Source of the DNA: an uncultured Bacteroidota bacterium
GTDB lineage: Bacteria > Bacteroidota > Bacteroidia > Bacteroidales > FEN-979
Length of the DNA stretch: 64,000 nucleotides
Direction: 5' to 3'
Assembly (NCBI GenBank): GCA_937900965.1
Contig: CALCGJ010000158.1
Coordinates: 186-64,185 of the forward strand
The position numbers were made by a program, and so were the translations under genes. The notes beneath the pieces were generated by a model that made no database searches, was not told the origin of the DNA, and was given only the letters and a program-made list of their open reading frames with translations. Numbering within the stretch: the first letter of the stretch is position 1; each line of letters opens with the position of its first letter. Shown piece after piece: positions 10,108-19,995 of this stretch.

Positions 10108-11298
10108 TTGAATTTTACTGATTTTGGATTTGATCCCCGGCTGATGGAGGGAATCGAATCACTTGGATTTGAAATACCCACTCCCATACAACAACAGGCC
10201 ATTCCAGTTATCATGGAGGGAAAAGACCTGATTGGTGCGGCTCAGACCGGCACCGGAAAAACTGCCGCATTTTTACTCCCCATCATTCACCGGGTGTTGA
10301 AAGAGGATTCCGGGTCTGGAATAAAGGCTTTGGTGATCGTTCCCACGCGTGAACTTGCAGTACAGATCGACCAGCATATGCAGGGGCTCTCTTATTTCAC
10401 CTCTGTGAGCTCAGTAGCTATCTATGGAGGCACTGATGGAGCAACATTTACACGGGAGAAAACTGCTCTGACAGAGGGCGTGGATGTGGTTATATGTACC
10501 CCTGGCCGAATGCTCGCTCACCTCAACATGGGGTATGTGAATTTCTCCACCATCAGATCCCTTGTTTTGGATGAAGCTGACCGGATGCTCGACATGGGTT
10601 TTGTCGATGACATCATGAAGATCATATCTCATGTTCCGAAAGTAAGGCAAACATTGCTCTTTTCAGCCACGATACCTACGGATATCAAAATACTGGCTAA
10701 AAAGGTGTTGAATGATCCGTCGGAGATTAATATTGCCCTCTCAAAGCCTGCTGAAAAGATCCTGCAACTGGCCTATTCGGTTTACGATACACAGAAGTTG
10801 CCACTGGTAAAATATCTATTGGGCACCTCGAAAGGAAGGACAATCCTGATTTTCTGTTCTACCAAAAGCAGCACGAAATTGCTGAGCCGTGAATTAAAGA
10901 AAGCCGGACTTGAGGTTCAGGAGATTCACTCGGATCTGGAGCAGAAAGAACGTGAGAGTGTGATGAACAACTTCCGGGCAAAAGATATTCAGGTACTGGT
11001 AGCTACCGATGTGGTGTCGCGAGGCATAGATGTAGAGAACATCGATCTGGTACTGAACTACGATGTTCCCAATGATGCAGAAGACTATGTGCACCGCATA
11101 GGGCGTACAGCACGTGCAGAAGCCTCAGGAGTTGCGATCACCTTCATCAATCCTGATGGACAGTGGAAGTTTGCCGAGATCGAAAAGTTGCTTGGAAAAT
11201 CAATACACAAAGGGGCCATTCCGTCCCAGTTTGGCGAAGCACCGGAATACGCGCCCAAGAAGAGACCCATTGGAAACTTCAGAAGAGGGAAGAGGTAA
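10108..11298 (+). CDS. DEAD-box ATP-dependent RNA helicase (RhlE-like)
   Basis: It has the Q-motif region, motif I AQTGTGKT, motif II DEAD, motif III SAT and motif VI HRIGRTAR. The start is TTG at 10108 with no upstream in-frame ATG. Confidence 0.9.
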   Translation: MNFTDFGFDPRLMEGIESLGFEIPTPIQQQAIPVIMEGKDLIGAAQTGTGKTAAFLLPIIHRVLKEDSGSGIKALVIVPTRELAVQIDQHMQGLSYFTSVSSVAIYGGTDGATFTREKTALTEGVDVVICTPGRMLAHLNMGYVNFSTIRSLVLDEADRMLDMGFVDDIMKIISHVPKVRQTLLFSATIPTDIKILAKKVLNDPSEINIALSKPAEKILQLAYSVYDTQKLPLVKYLLGTSKGRTILIFCSTKSSTKLLSRELKKAGLEVQEIHSDLEQKERESVMNNFRAKDIQVLVATDVVSRGIDVENIDLVLNYDVPNDAEDYVHRIGRTARAEASGVAITFINPDGQWKFAEIEKLLGKSIHKGAIPSQFGEAPEYAPKKRPIGNFRRGKR

Positions 11299-11314
11299 AA
11301 GAATTGCCATAAGA

Positions 11315-11406
11315 AATTGCACATGAATTGCACACGAATTGCACATGAAATATCAAGAATAAATAAATGGCAATCTATGGCAATCTATGGCAATTGATGT
11401 GCAATT
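11315..11406. repeat. Two adjacent tandem arrays between convergent genes: AATTGCACAYG x3 (11315-11347) and ATGGCAATCT x4 (11367-11406)
   Basis: I counted the units directly. AATTGCACAT pairs with ATGTGCAATT (11397-11406). AATTGCCAT (11302-11310) pairs with ATGGCAATT (11387-11395). Together these could form long hairpins. Confidence 0.85.
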
Positions 11407-11412
11407 TCTTCT

Positions 11413-13467
11413 TTAAGATTTTTTCTTCAACACTTCCTCCTGCATCCCCTTCGGAAGGGGTTGGTATTCATAGAATTCCATAGAGTAATTTGCACGGCCG
11501 CTGGATAGGTTCCGCAGCTGCGTTGCATAGCCGAACATCTCCATCAGGGGAACAAAGGCAAGGACCTTCTGGGCACCTTTCCGGTAGCGGCGCATTGCCT
11601 CGATTTTTGCCCGGCGGCGATTCAGGTTGCTCACAATATCTCCAATGTAATCATCCGGTGTATTGACTTCCACCTTCATGACTGGTTCCAGAATAATGGG
11701 GCTTGCTTTCATGAAGCCATTTTTAAAGCAAATCGAAGCGCAGGTTTGAAACGCCATATCGGACGAATCCACCGGATGAAAGTTTCCGTCAAGCAACACC
11801 ACCTTCACATCCACAACCGGGTATCCTGCAAGTATCCCACGATCCAGGGTTTTCAGGATCCCTTTGTTCACACTTGGAATAAATTCTATAGGAATTCTAC
11901 CCCCTTTGATTTTATCAGAGAATTCATAGCCCTTACCTTCGTTCGGTTCCAGCCGCATCAGGGTTTGGGCGAACTGCCCCTTGCCACCGGTTTGCTTTGA
12001 ATGTTTGTAGTTGGATTCCACCTCCATGGTAATTGTCTCGCGGAAAGCTACTGAAGGCTCACTAACCACTGCATCTACCTTGAATTCGTGTTTCAGGCGA
12101 TCGATGATGATCTCCAGGTGCAGTTCGCCCATCCCGGAGATAACGGATTCCTCTGTTTCATCGTCATAGCGGATATGAAAAGAGGGATCTTCGTTGGCTA
12201 GTTTCGCAAGTGCTTCTCCCAGTTTGGCCTGTTCAGGACGTTTCGCCGGAGAAATTTTCATCTCAATAACCGCAGGGGGAATATGGATTGATTCCAATAA
12301 CATCTTATGTTCTGCCCCACACAAGGTATCTCCTGTTTTAGTGAATTTCATTCCGATCAGTGCAACGATATCACCGGGTCTGGCCTCTGACACCTCTTCC
12401 CTCTCTTTAGCCCGGATCTTCAGGATCCGGCCGATCCGTTCGTACTTCCCTTTGGTAGAGTTGAAAACCTGCATCCCGCTTTTCAGGGTGCCTGAGAAGA
12501 TCCGGGTAAATGTCTGTTGTCCGACGAAAGGATCATGAATCAGCTTGAAGGCCAGCGCCGAAAACGGTTCGGTTGGAGATGGGTGACAGGTATGGGTTTT
12601 TTCCGGATCGTCGGGATCGATTCCCACAACAGCTCCCACATCAACGGGTGACGGGAGGTAGTCCAGTACCGCATCAAGCAGTAACTGGATCCCTTTGTTT
12701 TTATAGGCGGCACCACAGAATACGGGAGTGATTAGTAACTTCAACGTGGCATCCCGGGCAGCAGTTTTCAGTAACTCAGACGGAACATCACCCTCCGCGA
12801 AGAAAATTTCCATGATCTCATCGTTGAACTCAGCAACTTTTTCAACCAGTTTGGCACGTGCCTCATCGCATTTGGCTTTGAGCTCTTTTGGGATCTCTGC
12901 TTCAACCCGGTCCGTTTCAGTAAAGAGATAGGATTTTTGTTCAATAATATCACAGATTCCAATAAAAGAATCCTCTTCACCGATTGGAATATGGAAAGGA
13001 AATGCATTGGCATCCAGGTACTTGTTCATCTGATCCACCACCTGGCAGTAGTCTGCCCCGGTACGGTCCAGTTTATTGACGAAGGCAATTCGAGGCACCC
13101 TGTACCGATCGGCCTGATTCCATACGGTCTCGCTTTGTGGTTCCACGCCTCCAACCGCACAAAAAACAGCGACCATCCCATCTATAACCCGTAGTGAACG
13201 CTCCACCTCTACGGTGAAATCAACGTGTCCGGGTGTGTCAATCAGGTTAATCTGAAAATCCTTCCAGGTACAAGAGATGGCAGCTGAAGCTATTGTAATA
13301 CCTCGTTCCTGCTCCTGTTTCATAAAATCCATGGTCGCCTGGCCATCGTGCACCTCTCCCATTTTGCGGGTGGTACCCGTGTAAAATAGAATCCGCTCTG
13401 TTACTGTGGTTTTGCCCGCATCAATGTGAGCTGCAATCCCGATATTTCGAAGTTTATTTAATGTCAT
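11413..13467 (-). CDS. Elongation factor G paralog with canonical GTPase motifs, monocistronic and not in a str-operon context
   Basis: It has G1 AHIDAGKT, G2 RGITI, G3 DTPGHVDF and G4 NKLD. I chose the ATG at 13467 ([11 protein letters not shown]) because the track's TTG at 13488 lies inside the promoter box. Confidence 0.9.
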   Translation of the reverse strand: MTLNKLRNIGIAAHIDAGKTTVTERILFYTGTTRKMGEVHDGQATMDFMKQEQERGITIASAAISCTWKDFQINLIDTPGHVDFTVEVERSLRVIDGMVAVFCAVGGVEPQSETVWNQADRYRVPRIAFVNKLDRTGADYCQVVDQMNKYLDANAFPFHIPIGEEDSFIGICDIIEQKSYLFTETDRVEAEIPKELKAKCDEARAKLVEKVAEFNDEIMEIFFAEGDVPSELLKTAARDATLKLLITPVFCGAAYKNKGIQLLLDAVLDYLPSPVDVGAVVGIDPDDPEKTHTCHPSPTEPFSALAFKLIHDPFVGQQTFTRIFSGTLKSGMQVFNSTKGKYERIGRILKIRAKEREEVSEARPGDIVALIGMKFTKTGDTLCGAEHKMLLESIHIPPAVIEMKISPAKRPEQAKLGEALAKLANEDPSFHIRYDDETEESVISGMGELHLEIIIDRLKHEFKVDAVVSEPSVAFRETITMEVESNYKHSKQTGGKGQFAQTLMRLEPNEGKGYEFSDKIKGGRIPIEFIPSVNKGILKTLDRGILAGYPVVDVKVVLLDGNFHPVDSSDMAFQTCASICFKNGFMKASPIILEPVMKVEVNTPDDYIGDIVSNLNRRRAKIEAMRRYRKGAQKVLAFVPLMEMFGYATQLRNLSSGRANYSMEFYEYQPLPKGMQEEVLKKKS

Positions 13468-13485
13468 ATACTGTTTTTGGGGGCG

Positions 13486-13493
13486 CAAAGGTA
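13486..13493 (-). promoter_or_regulatory. Bacteroidota -7 promoter box (TACCTTTG on the minus strand)
   Basis: The reverse complement of CAAAGGTA is TACCTTTG. It lies 19 nt upstream of the ATG at 13467. Confidence 0.5.
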
Positions 13494-13685
13494 CGGATTT
13501 TAGCTATGCAAATCTTGTTTTCAATGGGTTTTATCGTCAGGGAATGAATGTATATCTAATTCTTTTCTGATCAAACACAGAATCCCGGAACTTTGCGTTT
13601 GTATTATTCCGGATCAATTTATGTTAAAATATGTAACGTTCCGGAAAGAAATGAGTCTTACTAACTGATAAAAAAGACCCTATTC

Positions 13686-14486
13686 ATGATAAAAATCCGG
13701 AACATTCATAAATCATATACCAATGGACAGATGAACCTTCATGTTTTAAAGGGAATTAATCTTGACATTGAAGCCGGAGAGATGATCTCCATCATGGGAC
13801 CATCCGGATCAGGAAAATCCACCTTGTTAAATATCTTTGGGATTCTCGATAATTACGATAATGGCGAATATTACCTCGACGGGAAGAAAATCCAGAATTT
13901 GAATGAGCGGAAAGCAGCATTGTTACGCAACCGGATGCTGGGGTTTGTTTTTCAGGCGTTCAACCTCGTATCGTTTAAGAACGCTATGGAAAACGTGGCC
14001 TTGCCGTTATATTACCAGAAGGTCCCCCGCCGGAAACGCAACAAGATTGCGTTGGAGTATCTCGACAAATTAGGGCTTAAAGATTGGGCTCACCACCTTC
14101 CGAATGAACTATCGGGAGGCCAGAAACAACGTGTTGCGATTGCCCGGGCCCTTATTACACAGCCCAAAGTGATCCTGGCAGATGAACCAACCGGAGCACT
14201 CGATTCAGTAACCTCGCAGGAGATGATGAACCTGCTCACTGAGATCAACCAGACTGGTATCACGATGATCATTGTAACTCATGAACTCGATATTGCCCGC
14301 CGTACACAAAAGACCATACGGATCATTGACGGAACGATCCAGGAAATCGTGGAAAATGAAGTACAAAGTACGAAGTACGAAGACAGAACTCAAGTTAGAA
14401 GTAATGTCATTGCGAGCGAAGCGAAGCAACCGAAAAACGAAGTAACTTCTGTGTCAAGACCGAAGCAGTACGAAAAAGTCGCCTGA
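13686..14486 (+). CDS. ABC transporter ATP-binding protein (MacB/LolD type) with a ~40 aa repeat-derived C-terminal tail
   Basis: It has Walker [10 protein letters not shown], the signature LSGGQKQR and Walker B ILADEPT. The tail [28 protein letters not shown]... is encoded by GTACGAA-type repeats and GTCATTGCGAGCGAAGCGAAGCAACC. Confidence 0.9.
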   Translation: MIKIRNIHKSYTNGQMNLHVLKGINLDIEAGEMISIMGPSGSGKSTLLNIFGILDNYDNGEYYLDGKKIQNLNERKAALLRNRMLGFVFQAFNLVSFKNAMENVALPLYYQKVPRRKRNKIALEYLDKLGLKDWAHHLPNELSGGQKQRVAIARALITQPKVILADEPTGALDSVTSQEMMNLLTEINQTGITMIIVTHELDIARRTQKTIRIIDGTIQEIVENEVQSTKYEDRTQVRSNVIASEAKQPKNEVTSVSRPKQYEKVA

Positions 14487-14528
14487 CAACTCCTGGTTAA
14501 TACCTGGAACAACTAAAACCCTTAAACT

Positions 14529-14556
14529 GACAACTTACAACCGACAACCGACAACC
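14529..14556. repeat. Heptamer array GACAACC x4 (first two units degenerate)
   Basis: I counted the units directly. The array lies between the ATPase stop and the permease start. Confidence 0.8.
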
Positions 14557-14565
14557 TGAAACTCG

Positions 14566-15804
14566 ATGTTTGAACTGGATAAATGGCAGGAGATTTACAG
14601 TACGATCAGGAAAAACAAGCTCCGTACGTTTCTCACAGGGTTTGCTGTAGCGTGGGGCATTTTCATGCTCATCATTTTACTTGGGTCGGGGAAGGGATTG
14701 GAGAATGGAGTCACGGATCAGTTCCAGGGCGGTGCCAATAATGGGATCTGGATCAGCAGCGGGATGACAAGCAAGGAGTTTAAAGGACTTCAGGCCGGAC
14801 GAATGATCCGCTTTACTAATGACGATTACAATCTGCTGAAGGAATCTGTCCGGGATCATGAATACATGTCGTCCCGGATGTTTTTAGGCAATATCATAAC
14901 CTCTTACAAGAATGAATACGGCTCGTTTTATCTCTCCCCATGCCATCCCGACTATGGAAATATCAAGGAAGTTGAGATGATCCGGGGGCGCTTTCTGAAC
15001 TATCTCGATATTGATGAGTTCAGAAAAGTAGCTGTTATAGGGGAGAAGGTAAAGCAGGATCTTTTCAAAGAACCCGATACCGTGGCCATGGGAGAATATC
15101 TCAACATCAATGGCGTGTTGTTCAGGGTGGTCGGGGTTTTCAGGGATTTCGGACGTGACGACAGCGAACAACGTCGCATTTATATTCCTATATCAACAGC
15201 ACAACGTGTCTTCAGCGGTCAGAATGTCGTAAGCCAGATCTCCTTCACTACCGGTGATGCCTCAGTGGAAGAGGTCGACCTGATGCTGGATTATACGAGA
15301 AACCTGCTTGCAAAAAAACACACATTTGATACGGAAGATCAGCGGGCCGTGTCGATCTGGAATAAGAATGAGGATTTCAGGAGATTCCAGGGACTGTTTA
15401 TGGGTATCCGCCTTTTCATCTGGATTGTGGGAATTGGAACCATAATTGCCGGGATCGTGGGTGTAAGCAACATCATGATGATCTCGGTAAAAGAACGGAC
15501 AAAAGAGATTGGAATCAGAAAGGCTTTAGGGGCAACACCTTTTTCGATTATCAGCCTGATCCTTCGGGAAGCGATTGTAATTACAGGATTTTCGGGATAT
15601 ATCGGATTGGTTCTCGGGATCGGTGTACTGGAACTCATATCACGGAATCTGCCTGAAACTGACTTTTTCAGAAGCCCGGAAGCCAATTTCTCAATTGCAG
15701 TTGGAGCCACCATACTTCTTATTGCGGCGGGCACACTGGCCGGACTTTTCCCGGCAAGAAAAGCCGCGAGGATCAAGCCGATAGAAGCGCTTAGAGATGA
15801 ATAA
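14566..15804 (+). CDS. ABC transporter permease, MacB/FtsX family
   Basis: It has an N-terminal TM segment, a large periplasmic domain and a C-terminal FtsX-like 3-TM bundle (KERTKEIGIRKALGA). It is paralogous to the next gene. Confidence 0.85.
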   Translation: MFELDKWQEIYSTIRKNKLRTFLTGFAVAWGIFMLIILLGSGKGLENGVTDQFQGGANNGIWISSGMTSKEFKGLQAGRMIRFTNDDYNLLKESVRDHEYMSSRMFLGNIITSYKNEYGSFYLSPCHPDYGNIKEVEMIRGRFLNYLDIDEFRKVAVIGEKVKQDLFKEPDTVAMGEYLNINGVLFRVVGVFRDFGRDDSEQRRIYIPISTAQRVFSGQNVVSQISFTTGDASVEEVDLMLDYTRNLLAKKHTFDTEDQRAVSIWNKNEDFRRFQGLFMGIRLFIWIVGIGTIIAGIVGVSNIMMISVKERTKEIGIRKALGATPFSIISLILREAIVITGFSGYIGLVLGIGVLELISRNLPETDFFRSPEANFSIAVGATILLIAAGTLAGLFPARKAARIKPIEALRDE

Positions 15805-15833
15805 AGAACCTCGACCCTTTAACCTGAGAACAA

Positions 15834-17099
15834 ATGTTTGACCTGGATCGTTGGCAGGAGATTTATCATGTATTAAAGTCCAATAAGTTAAGGACTTTTC
15901 TTACTGCTTTTGGCGTCTTCTGGGGAATTTTTATGCTGATTATCATGTTGGGTTCCGGCAATGGCCTTGAAAATTCCGTTTCGCGCAATTTTGCTGATAT
16001 GGCCACCAATAGTGTCTTCATCTGGACACAGCAGACAACCGTTCCCTACAAAGGATTTCCCAGGGGCAGAAGGTTCAACTACGACAATGATGATGCTACG
16101 GCGTTACGAAATGCGATCCCGGAGATCAAATACCTGGCTCCCCGCATCCGCGGAGGCGATTTCTTCTCAACCAACAACGTGATCAGAGGATTGAAGTCAG
16201 GATCTTTTTCCATCATGGGCGAATACCCCGAGTTTTTTCTGATTGATCCACTCTATATTGATGAAGGACGGTTGATCAATGATATTGATATCAAGGAAAA
16301 ACGGAAAGTAGTGGTGATAGGTAAACGGGTAAAAGAGCTTCTTTTTGAGAAGGATGAAGAGGCTCTTGGAGAGTATATTCAGATCCAGGGGGTTTACTTT
16401 AAAGTGGTGGGAATCTGTAATTCGAAGCGAAACGGGGAGCAGGCCGAACGTGAGAACCAGAATATCTACATGCCCTTCACCACCCTGCAAAAAACATACA
16501 ACTACGGTAATATTGTCGGATTTTTCGGCATCACCTCAAAGGATGGAATATCGGTCAGTGTTGTTGAAGAGAAAGCGATCGAAATTCTGAAACAACGTCA
16601 CGGGGTTGCTCCCAGCGACGACCGGGCCATCGGACATTTCAATCTTGAACAGGAATTCAGGAAGTTCCAGGGATTGTTTACCGGCATCCGGGTGTTGGTT
16701 TGGATTGTTGGAATAGGAACATTGATAGCCGGAATCATCGGTGTAAGTAACATCATGCTGGTGGTGGTCAAGGAGCGAACGAAAGAGATTGGCATTCAAC
16801 GGGCACTTGGTGCAACACCGGTTAAGATAATCAGCCAGATCATCATGGAAGCTATTGTTCTGACAACCTTTGCAGGATACTTTGGCCTGGTGATTGGAGT
16901 TGGGCTTCTTGAGCTTGTAAACTATGCTATGGAATCTTCCGGGGCCGACTCGGATATGTTTTACCAGCCCGGTGTGGATTTCAGGGTTGCAATGATCGCC
17001 CTGACCATCCTGGTATGCTCAGGAGCTCTGGCAGGATTTATTCCTGCACGGCGGGCAGTGGCTGTAAAACCGATTGATGCGTTGAGGTATGAGCAATAA
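15834..17099 (+). CDS. ABC transporter permease, MacB/FtsX family (paralog)
   Basis: It has the same architecture as 14566..15804. The N-termini align closely (MFDLDRWQEIY...KLRTFLTAFGVFWGIFMLI and KERTKEIGIQRALGA). Confidence 0.85.
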   Translation: MFDLDRWQEIYHVLKSNKLRTFLTAFGVFWGIFMLIIMLGSGNGLENSVSRNFADMATNSVFIWTQQTTVPYKGFPRGRRFNYDNDDATALRNAIPEIKYLAPRIRGGDFFSTNNVIRGLKSGSFSIMGEYPEFFLIDPLYIDEGRLINDIDIKEKRKVVVIGKRVKELLFEKDEEALGEYIQIQGVYFKVVGICNSKRNGEQAERENQNIYMPFTTLQKTYNYGNIVGFFGITSKDGISVSVVEEKAIEILKQRHGVAPSDDRAIGHFNLEQEFRKFQGLFTGIRVLVWIVGIGTLIAGIIGVSNIMLVVVKERTKEIGIQRALGATPVKIISQIIMEAIVLTTFAGYFGLVIGVGLLELVNYAMESSGADSDMFYQPGVDFRVAMIALTILVCSGALAGFIPARRAVAVKPIDALRYEQ

Positions 17100-17104
17100 T
17101 AGAT

Positions 17105-17152
17105 GGTGAAATAGCGAAATAGCGAAATAGTGAAATAGCGAAATGGTGAAAT
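17105..17152. repeat. Octamer array (GGTGAAAT/AGCGAAAT/AGTGAAAT) x6
   Basis: I counted the units directly. The array starts 6 nt after the permease stop (TAA TAG). Its TAG/TGA triplets fall in all three plus-strand frames. Confidence 0.9.
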
Positions 17153-17162
17153 TTAGATATCT

Positions 17163-18278
17163 ATGAAAAAGACGAGTGTACTTAAGAAAATAATCAGAAT
17201 AGCTGTACTGGTTATCATTTTAGCAGCTTTTGGAATAACCATATTCTATCTTTATAACAAGTCAAAAGAGAAACCTGTTGTTTTTATAACCGAGCAGCCT
17301 TTTACGACCAACATCATCAAGAAGACTGTGGCAACGGGGTCTGTGATCCCACGTGAGGAGATCGAAATCAAACCAACGGTTTCCGGAATTGTTGAAAAGG
17401 TGTATGTGGAACCCGGCAACAAGGTGAAGAAAGGAGATGTCCTTGCCAAAGTCAGGATCATTCCAAACCTGGTTAACCTGAACAATGCTGAAGGAAGGCT
17501 GGAACGTGCACAGATCGCCTTTGATGATGCCAAAATAAATTTCAACCGTCAGGAGAAATTGAAGAGTGGCGGGGTAATTTCGGCTTCGGAATTCCAGATG
17601 GCAGAGATAACCTATCGGAATGCACAGCAGGAGTTGTCGGCAGCTGAAGCCAACCTGGAACTTGTCAGGGAGGGAACGACTAAAAAAGCAGGAGCTGCTA
17701 CCAATACCCTGATTACTTCCACCATTAACGGGATGATCCTGGATGTACCTGTCAAGGTTGGGAGTTCGGTTATTGAAGCCAATAATTTCAATCCCGGAAC
17801 AACCATTGCGTTTATTGCGAACATTGGTGATATGATTTTTCAGGGCAAGGTGGATGAGACTGAAGTTGGGAAGATCAATCCAGGGATGCCCCTTCTGTTG
17901 ATGGTAGGAGCAATTGAAAACGATACCTTCGAAGCTATCCTGAAATACATCTCCCCCAAAGGTGTCCTTGAGAACGGAGCCGTACAGTTTGAGATAAAAG
18001 CCGATGTAGATTTGAAAAACGACAAGTTCATCAGGGCAGGATACAGCGCCAATGCCGATATTGTACTACAACGTGTTAACGATGTAATGGCAATAAAAGA
18101 GAGCTTATTGCAATTCGAAAATGATTCCATTTTTGTTGAGGTTGAAGTTGCTCCGCAACAATATGAAAAGCGGATGATTAAAACCGGTTTATCCGACGGC
18201 ATTAACATCGAAGTACTTTCGGGTCTGACGAAAGATGACAAGATCAAGGTCCCCCAACTGAGAAATGCCGGTAACTGA
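17163..18278 (+). CDS. Efflux transporter periplasmic adaptor subunit (HlyD/MFP family)
   Basis: It has an N-terminal TM anchor, a lipoyl-like segment (GIVEKVYVEPGNKVKKGDVLAKV), a coiled-coil region and a beta-barrel C-terminal part. It lies downstream of the MacB-type genes. Confidence 0.8.
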   Translation: MKKTSVLKKIIRIAVLVIILAAFGITIFYLYNKSKEKPVVFITEQPFTTNIIKKTVATGSVIPREEIEIKPTVSGIVEKVYVEPGNKVKKGDVLAKVRIIPNLVNLNNAEGRLERAQIAFDDAKINFNRQEKLKSGGVISASEFQMAEITYRNAQQELSAAEANLELVREGTTKKAGAATNTLITSTINGMILDVPVKVGSSVIEANNFNPGTTIAFIANIGDMIFQGKVDETEVGKINPGMPLLLMVGAIENDTFEAILKYISPKGVLENGAVQFEIKADVDLKNDKFIRAGYSANADIVLQRVNDVMAIKESLLQFENDSIFVEVEVAPQQYEKRMIKTGLSDGINIEVLSGLTKDDKIKVPQLRNAGN

Positions 18279-18280
18279 TT

Positions 18281-18871
18281 TTACCGGTTTACTGACGAAG
18301 GATATCTGAAGGTGGCTGTTTTCGCAACAATCAATATCCAGGCCAGCCATATAATAAGAATTTCTATATAGAACATGGGCCCGAATAAAAGATCCGGCAG
18401 AAAATTTGCATGTTCAGGCTGGACCAGGCAATGAATAATGATCATAAAAAACCTGATCAAAACTGTGATCTGGATAATGAAGAGGTTCAACGGGATGAAC
18501 CATATCTTTTTTACCCAGGGTCCCGGTACGATGAGAAACAGCACAATAACCAGGCACATTTGCTTTATCCCTGAAAGATTGAAGATGTAATTAACGTAAA
18601 GTCCGTTTGGAAGGAGCAGGCTGATCCCTTCCCGGGTGATATCAACCTCGAACAGAGGATTGACAATCGCCGGAATGATGGTGAGCAGGAAGTTTCCAAT
18701 AGCATCACTGATAACGATAAAAGGCTGGAAATTAACGATTTCAATTTCAAAATTTCCCCAGATCAACTGAAAAAAAAGAATGATCAGAAAAAAAATCCAC
18801 ACCTGGATGATTAACGGAATGTTCCAGCTTTTAATCTTGTTTGGCAGGTCTTTGTAACGGGAAAAAGCCAT
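18281..18871 (-). CDS. Polytopic membrane protein of unknown function (weak resemblance to the exosortase/archaeosortase family)
   Basis: It has about 5-6 hydrophobic helices. The order Cys (KQMCLVIV), then Arg (VLIRFF), then His (IIIHCLVQPEH) recalls exosortases. The canonical CxG and NxxR contexts are not matched. Confidence 0.3.
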   Translation of the reverse strand: MAFSRYKDLPNKIKSWNIPLIIQVWIFFLIILFFQLIWGNFEIEIVNFQPFIVISDAIGNFLLTIIPAIVNPLFEVDITREGISLLLPNGLYVNYIFNLSGIKQMCLVIVLFLIVPGPWVKKIWFIPLNLFIIQITVLIRFFMIIIHCLVQPEHANFLPDLLFGPMFYIEILIIWLAWILIVAKTATFRYPSSVNR

Positions 18872-18921
18872 CTGGCAGGATTTTTCTCAAAATTAGGAAA
18901 AAATTAGTTGCCAAGTTGCTC

Positions 18922-19854
18922 TTAAAATCGTTGCGTATAACCGTGACAATAGGGAGTGGATCCTTTGTGTTCGTAATAATCCTGGTGGTAGTCCTCTGCC
19001 TTATAGAATGTTGTTGCAGGTTTAACTTCGGTTACGATCCGGTATCCCTTTTCTTTCAGGATTTCAATCAACTTTTCAGTGATCTCTTTTTGTTCATCAT
19101 TTTGATAGAAAACAGCCGACCGGTATTGTTCTCCCACGTCGGGTCCCTGGTGGTTCCACTGGGTTGGATCATGAATCTCAAAAAACAGTTTTGCCAGCTC
19201 TTCAAAGCTGATCCGGGATGGGTCAAAGGTCACCTTAACCGCTTCATAGTGACCGGTAGTACCGGAACAGATCTCTTTGTATGTTGGATTTTTATTTCGA
19301 CCTCCGATATAACCGGATATAACAGAATTTACTCCTGAAGCTTTCTGGAGAAAGTATTCAACACCCCAGAAACAGCCTCCGGCGAAAATAGCCGTATCGG
19401 TCATCCCGAAAGTTTTTTCAGGAACAAAAACCATTGAGATGGAGTTGACACAGTGGCGGGTGTTTTTAGAAGTAAATCCCTCTCCTTCAAATATATGACC
19501 GAGGTGTGCTCCACACTTTGCACAACAGATTTCAGTACGGTGTCCATCTGCATCCAGGGTGTGTTTAACAGCTCCGGCGATCTCATCATCAAACGAAGGC
19601 CATCCGCAACTGGCATCAAATTTTGCTGTAGATTCATACAAAGGGGCTTCGCATAATTTACAGACATAGGTCCCTCTCTCCCAGAAATCGTAATATTCGC
19701 CCGAAAAGGGACGTTCAGTTCCTTTGTAGAGGATTACATGCTCTTCATCAGGTGTTAATTTCTTATTGTCCATGTCATTACTGGATTGGCTTTGTGTGCA
19801 TCCCTGAAAGGAAAGCAACGCAAACAAGATACCAAAGGTAAGTCTTGTATTCAT
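18922..19854 (-). CDS. msrAB: Secreted lipoprotein, bifunctional methionine sulfoxide reductase (MsrB domain then MsrA domain)
   Basis: MsrB motifs are CKLCEAPLY...CGWPSF...CAKCGAHLGHIF...RHCVNS. MsrA motifs are GGCFWGVE...GY.GG...NPTYKEICSGTTGH.E. The lipobox LLSFQGC follows the ATG at 19854; the track ORF extends to 19941. Confidence 0.9.
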   Translation of the reverse strand: MNTRLTFGILFALLSFQGCTQSQSSNDMDNKKLTPDEEHVILYKGTERPFSGEYYDFWERGTYVCKLCEAPLYESTAKFDASCGWPSFDDEIAGAVKHTLDADGHRTEICCAKCGAHLGHIFEGEGFTSKNTRHCVNSISMVFVPEKTFGMTDTAIFAGGCFWGVEYFLQKASGVNSVISGYIGGRNKNPTYKEICSGTTGHYEAVKVTFDPSRISFEELAKLFFEIHDPTQWNHQGPDVGEQYRSAVFYQNDEQKEITEKLIEILKEKGYRIVTEVKPATTFYKAEDYHQDYYEHKGSTPYCHGYTQRF

Positions 19855-19967
19855 ATTATTAGTAAATAGTCTGAATAAAACGGAAAAAACAGAGAAATAG
19901 TGTGTTCCCATAGGTATTAATAAATTCTTTGAAAGAGACAAAATGAGCGGTGAAGTGCCGGAATTTG

Positions 19968-19975
19968 TACTTTTG
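19968..19975 (+). promoter_or_regulatory. Bacteroidota -7 promoter box (TACTTTTG)
   Basis: It matches TAnnTTTG and lies 21 nt upstream of the ATG at 19996. Confidence 0.45.
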
Positions 19976-19995
19976 CCGAAAAATTACAGCATATT

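Noticed and set aside
13468-13488. The track gives longer N-terminal extensions from non-ATG or far-upstream starts. Examples are 13488, 3310, 19941, 48861, 54457 and 59119.
   Set aside because: Internal ATGs give proper signal peptides or family-typical N-termini. In two cases (13488 and 54457) the extended start falls inside the TAnnTTTG promoter box.
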